32,285 nucleotides of DNA from assembly GCF_001194135.2 (NCBI RefSeq), contig NC_069000.1, positions 38,937,926 to 38,970,210 of the forward strand. The letters are read 5' to 3'. The translations under genes and the position numbers were made by a program. Below, piece by piece: positions 22,965 to 32,285 of the stretch. The DNA is from Octopus bimaculoides. Lineage: Eukaryota. The notes beneath the pieces were generated by a model. The model had not been told where the DNA came from. It ran no database searches and worked only from the letters and a program-made list of their open reading frames with translations. The stretch's first letter is position 1. The number at the start of each line of letters is the position of its first letter.

Positions 22965-23120
22965 GAATGTTTGGTTAAGAAATCCAGTCTACAATTACGT
23001 GACTTAGGGTTCAATCTCACTGCGCAGCCAACAGATTGTGGAATGATCTTCTTCTGGGACTCCGGACTGATAAATGGCTTGTGAATACATCAAGTAGACA
23101 GAAAGTGTGGAAAGCATCGC
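22965..23120 (+). mobile_element. SINE family A 5' half, old
   Basis: TGGTTAAGAAAT...GGGTTCAATCTCACTGCG...GGCTTGTGAATACATCAAGTAGACAGAAAGTG is colinear with 21110-21250. Confidence 0.55.
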
Positions 23121-23300
23121 CGGATGAAATGCTTAGCGGTATTCCGTCTGTCTTTAATGTTCTCAGTTCAAATTCCGCCGAGGTTGACATTGTCTGTCAT
23201 CCGTTCGGGGGTCGATAAATTAAGTACCAATTACGTACTGGGGTCAATCTAATTGACTGGCCCCCTCCCCCAATAATTTCGGGCCTTATGCCTAGAGTAG
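23118..23300 (+). mobile_element. SINE family C
   Basis: GAAATGCTTAGCGGTATTCCGTCTG...TTCAAATTCCGCCGAGG...TAAGTACC...ATTTCGGGCCTTATGCCTAGAGTAG. Confidence 0.9.
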
Positions 23301-23367
23301 ATTATGCCTAGATCATGTGCGCATGATCTGTTTGTTTGCCTCTTCACCACCCGACAGAGTAGTGGTT

Positions 23368-23460
23368 AAGTCGATTACACAGACACCTTCCCCCAGTGTG
23401 CAACTGGTACTTACTTTATTGACCGCCAAAGGATGACAGGCAAAGTCGACCTCAGCAGGA
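23368..23460 (-). mobile_element. SINE family C central fragment, inverted
   Basis: The reverse complement aligns to 23173-23242. Confidence 0.85.
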
Positions 23461-24607
23461 GTAAACCTGTAACATAAATCTAAAGGTACAGAAACGTAAG
23501 TTTGTTATTTTGTTATTGTTTTCCTTTGTCTCGAGATTAATGTACGAATGTATCTACACGAATTTTTACTAAATTGTGCGACATTTCTAAAGATTACTTA
23601 AATTTTATGATGACCCAAACGTCGCGGTTTGTCACACATGTTTAGGTAAAAGCTTCAAATACTGAACGTAACAGCAGAAACAGCCATTGTCTCATAGTTT
23701 CAATCCAAATTTCCAAACTGTAATTACTTGATCATAAGATCCTGCTTCTTAAAGTTGTATTTTCTAGAGCCACGCATGCACCACTCCATGGCAACAGGAA
23801 ACCAAAATAAATGACCTCAAGATAGATTTACGCAAAACAAGAACATTTTAAATTGTAGAAATGAGAGAAATATCTACCCCTGTACCTATTCCTTTAAAAA
23901 TATTGTCAGGCATAAGCTTTCGTTTTGTAATCTGTTCCAAGATTTGAACCTGTGACGACATATCTAGTTTTGCATAAAAGAACACTGAATTATTCATTCT
24001 TTTCATAAGCTGATGGTAAAGCCGACTGTTCGCTAAGACATCATACAAGAAAGGATCGTTTATCGCATTTGCTCTTCATTACTCTTTTATTCTGGTTAGT
24101 GTCATAACCAGTAATCTTCTCTTTCAGTTATACTAAGCCAAACATCCTGGTTACCATAACAATAATCATCATTACAATTATTCCGCTCAGTTATCGACAA
24201 ATACTGGACGTGTTAATAATTCAGCTATTTCGAGCAACACAGTTTACATGATAAAAAGGAAGCATTTTTCATGATGCGATTAAAGAATTTTGATAAATTT
24301 AATGAACATTAAAAACACATAACACATGCATAATTTAGATTTATAAGCCCGTTTTATTTAAACGCTAGTGCCCCAGGTCATCCCGGCTTCTACAAAACGT
24401 TTAGTAGCTTATTCCAGAAGCCTTTAGTATCAAATGTAAAGCTTTGCTTTCTGGAAAGCCATTAAAAATTCGTATTGCGGACTAATTTGCATGAGCACTT
24501 ATTATCTTTCGTTATGAATATATGAACTGTTTATTTCATATTACTTCAACCACTATTTTGCGTATAACACTGCTTGTGAATTGCATCGTTATATGATTTT
24601 AAAAGCA

Positions 24608-24771
24608 ACGAGCTTGCAGAATCGTTACTGTGTCGGACAAAATGCTTAGAGGAACGTTTTCCAAGTCTTTTAGTTCAAAGCCCAACGATGTTTTATTTGC
24701 TTTCCATACTTTTGAATTTTATAAAAAGCAGTAGGGACGATGTTGAGCACTGGGGTCGTATTAATAGTCTA
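24608..24771 (+). mobile_element. Old SINE family C copy interrupted by a family A insertion
   Basis: CGAGCTTGCAGAATCGTTA...GGACAAAATGCTTAG...GAGCACTGGGGTCG; a weak continuation follows at ~25225-25275. Confidence 0.6.
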
Positions 24772-24780
24772 GCCCCTCTT

Positions 24781-25215
24781 TTACTCTTTTACTTGTTTCA
24801 GTCACTTGACTGCGGCCATGCTGGAGCACCGCCTTTAGTCGAACAAATCGATCCCAGGACTTATTCTTTGTAAGTCTAGTACTTATTCTATCGGTCTCTT
24901 TTGCTGAACCGCTAAGTTACGGGGACGTAAACACATCGCCATCGGTTGTCAAGCGATGTTGGTGGTGGTGGTGGTGGTGGTGGTGGTGATGGGGTCAAAC
25001 ACAGACACACAAACACACACATATATATATACATATACATATATATGATGGGCTTCTTTCACAAGGCTTTGGTCAGCCCGAGGCTATAGTAGAAAACACT
25101 TGCCCAAGATGCTACGCAGTGGGACTGATCCCAGAAGCATGTGGTTGGTAAGCAAGCTACTTACCACACAGCCTTTCCTGCCCCTATAGCCACTCCTGCG
25201 CCTGTAGCCACTCCT
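24781..25215 (-). mobile_element. SINE family A, full length, young, with 9-bp candidate TSD
   Basis: Near-identical to 10006-10309; (GGT)n expansion at ~24958-24990; flanked by GCCCCTCTT at 24772-24780 and 25216-25224. Confidence 0.93.
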
Positions 25216-25290
25216 GCCCCTCTTACAAAAAAAAAAATCCCCAGATCTTTTGCCAATAAGGGACATGATTATTAAATTGCTTAAAATGTC

Positions 25291-25506
25291 TGTGAGTAGG
25301 CAGGATCGTTACCCCACCGGACAAAATGCTCAGAGGCATTTCCTCCTATTAAGCTTAAATCTTACCGAGCCCGACTTTGCTTTCCATATTTTCGATGTTG
25401 ATAAAAAAAATAAGAGCAAACACAACTCTGGGTGCGATGCTGTTCACTAAACTTACCTTCCCACAAAGTTTCAACTATTGTGTCTTTAGTAGAAAAGATT
25501 ATTATC
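25291..25506 (+). mobile_element. Old SINE family C copy
   Basis: GGCAGGATCGTTA...CCGGACAAAATGCT...CCGACTTTGCTTTCCAT...TTAGTAGAAAAGATTATT. Confidence 0.65.
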
Positions 25507-25730
25507 TTATCTAAATCTGTTTACATATGAATTCAATAATTATTGTCTGAGTAAATAATATTATAATGATATGAATTATTAGTCACTCGTAGTCTGCAAA
25601 AAGAAGAGTTTGTAATTTCTTGCGGAACAACTTGGAGAAAATGAGTTTTTAGATGTGATCAAATGTATGAGTTATACATTAGATCAATCCCTCAGACTGT
25701 CAGACACTGTCACAACAATTACACAATGAG

Positions 25731-25835
25731 ACGAATTCTTTGCTCAAGAACACAACTCAGTCACCGGCCCTGGAACTGACGCCACGGTCTTGCGATCGTG
25801 AGTGCAACACTCTAACCACTAGGCCAGGTGCCCTC
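25731..25835 (-). mobile_element. SINE family D head (tRNA-like plus CORE-like start)
   Basis: Minus strand GGCACCTGGCCTAGTGGTTAGAGTGTTGCACTCACGATCGCAAGACCGTGG...TGTGTTCTTGAGCAA; A box TGGCCTAGTGG; homologous to 27245-27335. Confidence 0.75.
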
Positions 25836-25984
25836 GTTAGATAATATCATAGTAGGTGCACTGAAACAATGCCAGTGGAAACGTTGAAAGGAATTAAGGA
25901 ACACATACATATACTTGCGAATGCAAATACTATATCATTTGTCAGTTTCTCTGCAACATTCTACGTGTAATAACTGCAGTTTTT

Positions 25985-26335
25985 TCTAAAAAAGTTCTAA
26001 GAAGCGGTACATCTAGAAGCTTTATTGCATATATAAAACAATTCCATTCCAGTCCATAATTTTTGTATGGAATATATGATAGAAACCAATTCAAAACTAA
26101 CAATCTGGAAATTTGAACAATTTGAGAGCGGTGTATGAGTAGGGAAGAAATCAATGTGGAGAAGAATGTTGAAACCGCTGGCACGGCCTCTGAATATTTA
26201 TGGGAGGCCACAAGAAAACTAAGAATAAAGAACTTAAGTGTTGCAAACATTTGGAAGCTACCAGGACATGAAATATTGAAAGGCATATTGAAAAACTTAA
26301 GAAAGACACACATGTTAGCAGCCATATTTATTTAA
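25985..26335 (+). mobile_element. Possible ancient RTE-like LINE remnant
   Basis: Translations SMWRRMLK and TRKLRIKNLSVANIWKLPGHEILKGILKNL loosely resemble the RTE C-terminus (MWxxRRMLR..., RQxxFLGHxxR); very decayed. Confidence 0.35.
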
Positions 26336-26573
26336 GTATAGATGAAGTCGAGTATGTCATATTTCTAGGTTACTGAGGTAAAAAATCATCTTGATGCAGA
26401 ACCAATCAAAGTAAACCCTAAAAAATACACACTTATAATTTACCTTCGTATTCACTCTGAAACCAAATAATCTCTTCTATTATAGAAAGAAAGCATAAGA
26501 AATTCCACCATACATGTGTGCATGGGCAGCCTTGAATACTGCATAGTTAATTAATATCTTGAACATTGCACTA

Positions 26574-27070
26574 GATAAAAATATAGATATCAAAGAATAA
26601 CAAAAGCAGGAATTCAAACATTTGAGAATAAATTAACAATATATATATCATAGAAGTGAAAGACGAATTTAGGAAGGAATATTCTTGACGTTTTATATGT
26701 ACCGCAGAACTGAAAGCAACACGATAAGGTAATAAAATTCAATATTCAATCTGTCTACAAGCATTCGCTATAATATTCTCAACAGGATGGTAAAAGAAAA
26801 AGAAACTTGTATGTTAGACGAGCAAAGATGGCTAATAGCTGTATTTAGAATAAACTACAGAAAATTTGACAAAATGATTATGTATATATCGCAGCGAAAA
26901 GGAGGTCGAGCCCTCATTCAAGTTAGAAAGTATTGTAAAATATCTACTGAATAAATACAAGAATTATCTTGTAAAGAATGATGGAAAGCAAATGCAAATA
27001 ACTGCAAATCACGAACAAAACAGAGTAAAGTTTTATGTCTTCAGCGAACAAATATGAAGCAGAAGCTGAA
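26574..27070 (+). mobile_element. R4/Dong-clade LINE fragment (post-RT region), old
   Basis: DKNIDIKE*QKQEFKHLRIN (a YKYLGI analogue), IEVKDEFRKEY, and YISQRKGGRALIQV (GGR at 26901) matching the LYxxRxxGGRGLIQ motif. Confidence 0.6.
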
Positions 27071-27149
27071 TTGACAGACGGCTGAAAAGATAAAGTAAGA
27101 CGATGTTAGTGTCACATAAAACGACTCGTGCTATCTGTTCTGATCTCTA

Positions 27150-27210
27150 CGGGACTAGTTCGAATCACGCCGAGGGCAACTTTGTTTATCGGTTCGAGAT
27201 CAATTGATAA
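27150..27210 (+). mobile_element. SINE family C remnant
   Basis: GTTCGAATCACGCCGAGGGCAACTTTG...GATAAGTACC. Confidence 0.5.
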
Positions 27211-27239
27211 GTACCATGGCGATAGATTGAAGGTGAAGT

Positions 27240-27410
27240 GAGTGGGCTTGTGATTGGGGTGTTGCATTCACGATCGGAAAATTGTGGTTTCGATTACCGC
27301 ACTCAGTGGTACATTGATTTCTCGAGCAAAACACCTCTTTTCACGTTGCTCCAGCCCTAGTCAGCTCTAAATTTGTAACCCTGAGGTAAACTAACATCCC
27401 AATCAGGACG
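27240..27410 (+). mobile_element. SINE family D, old
   Basis: GTGTTGCATTCACGATCGG...GTGGTTTCGATTACC...CTCGAGCAAAACAC...TTTCACGTTGCTCCAG; head homologous to 25731-25835. Confidence 0.65.
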
Positions 27411-28020
27411 TATGTACTGACGTTGACCACCTGTACATCATAGAATTTTGACACTCGAAACTGGAATGCCCAGGGGTTAATGATGATGACCATGGTGGCG
27501 GCGGTTGTGGCAGCGTAGGGGATGATGATGTTTGTAGTATTGGTGCTGGTTCTGGTAGATTGGTGGAACTGTAAGAACGTCTCCTGGATAACTTACGGTA
27601 TTTGTTCCGAAACTGTGTTATGCGTTCATCTCACACCACGACTTCTTATCGCTAAGCAAACACAAGATGTCTAATTCTAGTGTCACAATCAGATTTGAGG
27701 ATATATATCTTTCTTCGTACGTTTCTAAGAAAGCCGGTGCATATTGCTTTTGTTTACGCTTAAAAATCTCAAATTCATTTGCGACCCGGTTCAACCGCCA
27801 ATCGAAATGCCGGTGAATATTCGCAAAAAATCAAGGCCCACCAACGACGGGCTTTGCATTTAAGCACCGCCTCCACATCTGGTACCAGTCAGACGGTTCT
27901 TAGTTCCCTTATGTCTTCGAGCCCGTACCTGGACTCGCAGAATTCGTTCTTCGTTTTGAAAAGGCCGCAAGCACCTCGATCGACATACCTTTTTCAGCGT
28001 TTCTCCAATGTTGCTGTCTA

Positions 28021-28217
28021 CAGGTTGTCCACAAAGTCTGGATACATGGGGATTAACACATACCTTCAGAAATTATTATCTCTTATATTTAATTGTTTAT
28101 GTTATGATTTTATTTACTCAATGTACCCACATGGGGATTAACACATACTTTAAGAAATTATTGTTTCTTATATTTAATCGTTTATGTTATGATTTTATTT
28201 ACTCCATGTGCCCACAT
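28021..28217. mobile_element. Tc1/mariner-type MITE with internal tandem duplication
   Basis: TA|CAGGTTGTCCACAAAGTCTGGATACATGG left end; 85-bp unit at 28044-28128 and 28129-28213; partial right TIR (CCATGTGCCC). Confidence 0.7.
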
Positions 28218-28272
28218 CTTAGGAAGTGCATGTGTATCCACATATGCCACGCATTTTAATTTATTTAAATGA

Positions 28273-28274
<2 letters not shown>

Positions 28275-28346
<72 letters not shown>
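28275..28346. repeat. (CA)n/(TA)n microsatellite
   Basis: Read directly. Confidence 0.95.
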
Positions 28347-29893
28347 GAAAATTGAAAATCACAGAATCTATCAAGTACATTTCATTCATATATAATGCAT
28401 AAAAGCAATATATACATATATATATAGATTAGAAAAGTTTTGAATAAATCATCTAACCAATAAAACAGAAATAGCTAAATAACAATTGGCCTATCGGTTA
28501 TTTTGTTCAACCCCAATATATTTCAAATTAGATGTAGTAAATACGTGTGGGGATTGTCAAAATAACGATGCGAAAATTTTGGCGGAATATATAATACAAG
28601 CCTGAATTGTTCTTCTGTGATTCTATGGTGATCCACCATTTATTTTGGAAGAATCACATTTGTTTTTCAAATTCCTTAAGCACATGCTTCGAAGCTGTTC
28701 AACATAGTCAATTAGTTACAATTGGTTACATATGTGCGTAGAGGCAAGAAGTAATGCACGAACTAGAAGATTTTATTTGAAAATTTCTATTTAATGCCTC
28801 CCTCTGGCACAAAATTGTTTTTACTTAGTTACTTCTCACTAACCATCGTGTCGCCTAAAGCTTCATCATTTATATTACGTCTTCGCAATTGCTGATTAAT
28901 TCATATAATTCCATGAAATATTTTCTTCGCAGCGCTGATGTGGAACAGGTTGCACGTTTCGTTTAACATATCGTCAATGTTACAAGGTAATTCTTCCACA
29001 GAATGGGAAGTCGTTAAAGGGTGATATTAGCAAATGCAGTTTACGAAAGTCAAGTTTGGATTATCTAATGTTATTATCGCGCAGGGAAAATTATTAACGC
29101 CACAAAAATTTTACGGACTTTCCTATATTAATAGCAAAACACTTTTTTATTATTAATTTCCATATAACTCAAGAAAATTTTCTTCACTTGATGCAATATT
29201 TCAGCAGTATTTTCTAATAGGAATTAACCTGAAAGGAAAGTGAACCAATTTTATTTTATCATTTTATTTATCTTTTTTTTTTTNNNNNNNNNNNNNNNNN
29301 NNNNNNNNNNNNNNNNNNNNNNNNNNNNNNNNNNNNNNNNNNNNNNNNNNNNNNGGGGGGGGGGGGTAAAAATCTAATGCACATTCATAGATACTGTTCA
29401 CAAGTAATATCAGTTTGTGTTCAAAATCAAAATGAATTGACTATATCATATATTTTCAATTTATTCTGTCAGTAAGGATGGGAAAATGACATTTTTTATC
29501 TATCGTGCATTTTACACTACAAGTTTTAAGTCAGCTGCAAATGATGATGGATGTATTTCTTTAGCTAATAGCATCTCGTAAATAGTCTGCCCTAAGAAGA
29601 TTTGAATGACAAGCTATCAATATTGCTATATTTATTTCTAGAATTGTTACTTTGGCACTGGAAAAATGCTTTGATAGTTTGCCGCAGATTTATCTTTATT
29701 ACACATATGTTTTATATATAGGTCAAATGGACCCTTCGCTGAATCTATTATTGTGTTCTTGTTTCAAAATTGCATACTGTGTATAAAGCTTTGTTGTAGT
29801 CACGTTTTATATTGTTACCCTATTTGAGATCCGGGATTATTTATAGATAATCCCTATATCAATAGATACTCCCTATATACAAGGGATTATCTA

Positions 29894-30072
29894 CAGAATG
29901 ATTCAAAAGCAATTCCTTATTTTAAAATCCTTGTAATTAATTTATTAATTGTAATTTTAACCAAAAAATTTATATGAGACAAAATCTTTTAGTATGAGAT
30001 TTGAGAAAAAATTACAATTAATAAATAATTGTTTAGCATTTTAGAATAGGGAGTTACTTTTCAATCACCCTA
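29894..30072. mobile_element. 179-bp Tc1/mariner-type MITE with ~65-bp imperfect TIRs and TA flanks
   Basis: Left CAGAATGATTCAAAAGCAATTCCTTATTTTAAAAT...ATTTATTAATTGTAATTTT versus reverse-complemented right TAGGGTGATTGAAAAGTAACTCCCTATTCTAAAAT...ATTTATTAATTGTAATTTT; TA at 29892-93 and 30073-74. Confidence 0.8.
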
Positions 30073-30717
30073 TATATGATCACTGAACATGTAAGAAATA
30101 GCAATGAATCCATCATTCAATTTGCATCCGAATCTCTCACCGACAATAATTGAGAACTGAAATAATTAGATAAATCCCAGTTGTTTTTAAGAGATGCATT
30201 TAACTGGAACTAATTTAATACATCAACAAATATAGCAACAAGAATATTCCTGCAACCAGTAGCTCTTTCAATCTAATGTCAAACGGTTCTATCAACAGTC
30301 CCTTTCTGTCAAATATACAATGACCGTTTAGCAGTTTTAGTAGTGTAAGCAACACTAAATTATCATTAATACCGGAAATTGAATGGGAAATAAGATGTGG
30401 CGTCTCCTATCATCGGATCTTTTCGATTTGCTCATTACATATCTAAATAGTATTAGTAAATTATTATATTAAATAACTGCTTAGTATGAAATTTGTGTCG
30501 CATTCACAATAAAGTATGAATCAAATAATCTACGAATACGAAAAGGAAAATTTCATATAATTTTTTTACAAATTGGACACCTTTACCTGAAAGAAAATCT
30601 CGAATATGAATTTTTATATAAAGTCGAGCTGTTGCAGATATTATAATGTCTAAGTGGAATGAAGGCCAGTTAGAAAGAAAGACAGAGTACGATTTAAAAA
30701 AAAAGGCAATGCGATCT

Positions 30718-30963
30718 TCTAACAGGGTCATTAAATACAGTAGTATAAAAATTTTCGCGCGTGACTCTAAGCTTCTGAAGGTTGTCAACAGGGCGGGAGA
30801 CCGGACAAATCTTCAATCGGACCTAGTTGCTGTTATCCAATGATGGCAGAAACATAACATTCAACCCGACGAGAACAAGTTTGAGTTAATCCACTTTGGT
30901 AGAGAGGCTACACTTAAACAACCATATATTCTTCCTTTAGGCGAACACCTCACGGCATCAAAC
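30718..30963 (+). mobile_element. CR1/L2-type LINE RT fragment
   Basis: VIKYSSIKIFARDSKLLKVVN...DRTNLQSDLVAVIQ then (shifted) NKFELIHFGR...QPYILP: a decayed FADD catalytic motif followed by the L..DL...W...N..KF block. Confidence 0.85.
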
Positions 30964-31219
30964 ACCACTTTCCCCAGCAGAAAACAGAATTTCACGGAAG
31001 CACGCTTTACCTTCGTTTCATCCATCGCAAAATCCGACGAAAAGGAAGAAGCAATGCAAAACATTGACGTACCACGTATTAGTACGAACACGAAAGGCGA
31101 TGCCTGTCGGCAGACTAATGCCTGTGGCTCGTATCAAGTGACCCTTAGTGGCGGAAACCTGAACTACAACGGGTTTGTCCTACAGAGAACGTTTCCGGTT
31201 ACTTTTGGGTACCCCATCG
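30964..31219 (-). mobile_element. Mariner element 5' end: TIR, 5' UTR and first 21 codons
   Basis: Minus: CGATGGGGTACCCAAAAGTAACCGGAA TIR-like start; ATG at 31025 gives MDETKVKRASVKFCFLLGKVV, matching the mariner N-terminal R-xx-KFCF-LGK motif. Confidence 0.75.
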
Positions 31220-32204
31220 AAAATATCATGCTGTTTAAATTTTCCGTGCTAGGTATTGCTTAATTAGGTCATTCGCTCCCTATGAAGCGTAGACCATCGA
31301 CGATGTTTCTCCGCATCTCTTGGCTTTGAAATTTCTTGTTTTCTCTCCCAGATCTTTCTTTTTAATTGGCATCTATGTTCCGCAACTTTCTATGTAGAGG
31401 CGTTCGTCCTACGTAAACTCATTTCTATCTCTAGCAAAAGGCGGTCAATATTAGTTTGGTTTCTATCCTTTAACTTTTCCATCACGAGATATCTTATTAA
31501 GAGTTTGTGTTACGCTCTCATGGTTAGTGAACTATAAAAAAAACCTACACCACAACAAAACTCGACCTTTTAGCCATGCTAGGTATACCTGTAATTTACT
31601 CGATCAGCTAGGCACCACCAATTTGAGAATCAAAAATCCAAACAATATTGTGAAAGAAACAAAAGCCAGCTTATCGGACAGAGAACCTGAGGGCATTTCA
31701 CATTGTTTCATAGTTGTGGAATTTAGCTACAATTCCAAAGGAAAGAAGAGAGAAATATAAAATCGAATCTCATTTCTTTTACAGAAGAAATATCGTAATG
31801 TAATTCGCCTCCCCACCTCATTTCTCCGGCTGTAACGCCTATAGCAAACACATATGGGCTTTATATAAATGTAATTGTATAACAAAGTAACCGTATTTGG
31901 TATATGTGCGAACTGAAGTTGTTACATAGATTACATCGATTCAATTCAAGAAATAATTGTTTCAGCAATCAAAGGCTCAGAATAATTCGGTCAAGAAAAT
32001 GCGGTAGAACCCGATATTGGAAAGAGGAAATTTAATAAGTGCCATTAATAGCATACTAGAGAAATCAGTAGAGATAAGTGAATTAAATCAAACACAGACG
32101 TTTAATTATTTAGGAATACCTGAATAAACACAGAGTAGAACAAACATGAATGCGAAAATAGGAAAGAGAAACAATTTAGGATAATAAATATATACGTAGA
32201 TAAG

Positions 32205-32222
32205 TACATGTATATATATATA

Positions 32223-32285
<63 letters not shown>
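32205..32285. repeat. (TA)n/(TG)n microsatellite running off the window end
   Basis: Read directly. Confidence 0.95.

Noticed and set aside
25457-25483. Minus-strand 27-nt microexon with a GAAG|GTAAGT donor
   Set aside because: It lies inside the 3' end of a family C SINE.
18712-27070. The two R4/Dong fragments as halves of one inverted element
   Set aside because: Both include the YKYLG-equivalent region and they differ in decay, so they are independent copies.
29272-29366. Poly-T / gap / poly-G as a G-quadruplex or retrocopy tail
   Set aside because: Homopolymers at contig ends around a 70-N gap cannot be interpreted.

Overview
AT-rich animal genomic DNA from a draft scaffold with 9 N-gaps (3,233 N, about 10%). 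The SINE families look like those of octopod cephalopods (Octopus-like); this is recognition from memory, not a search result. I cannot support any complete protein-coding gene, and most listed ORFs are microsatellite or N-gap artefacts. The window is a mosaic of decayed transposable elements. It holds about 25 tRNA-derived SINE copies in five families (called A-E here), a DD37D (maT-type) Tc1/mariner transposase pseudogene, a mariner 5' end and two TA-flanked MITEs. It also holds LINE fragments of the RTE, R4/Dong and CR1/L2 types and many microsatellites. The most interesting object is a ~280-bp minus-strand element at 6055-6335. It joins a tRNA-like Pol III head, an (AAT)n linker and a minimal Penelope-type hammerhead ribozyme motif, and is bracketed by a 21-bp inverted repeat; it may be a Penelope-dependent SINE or retrozyme-like element. 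Other points: templated-insertion scars at TE junctions, a 124-bp exact repeat with 632-bp period between gaps, close inverted SINE pairs, and several low-confidence candidate exons.
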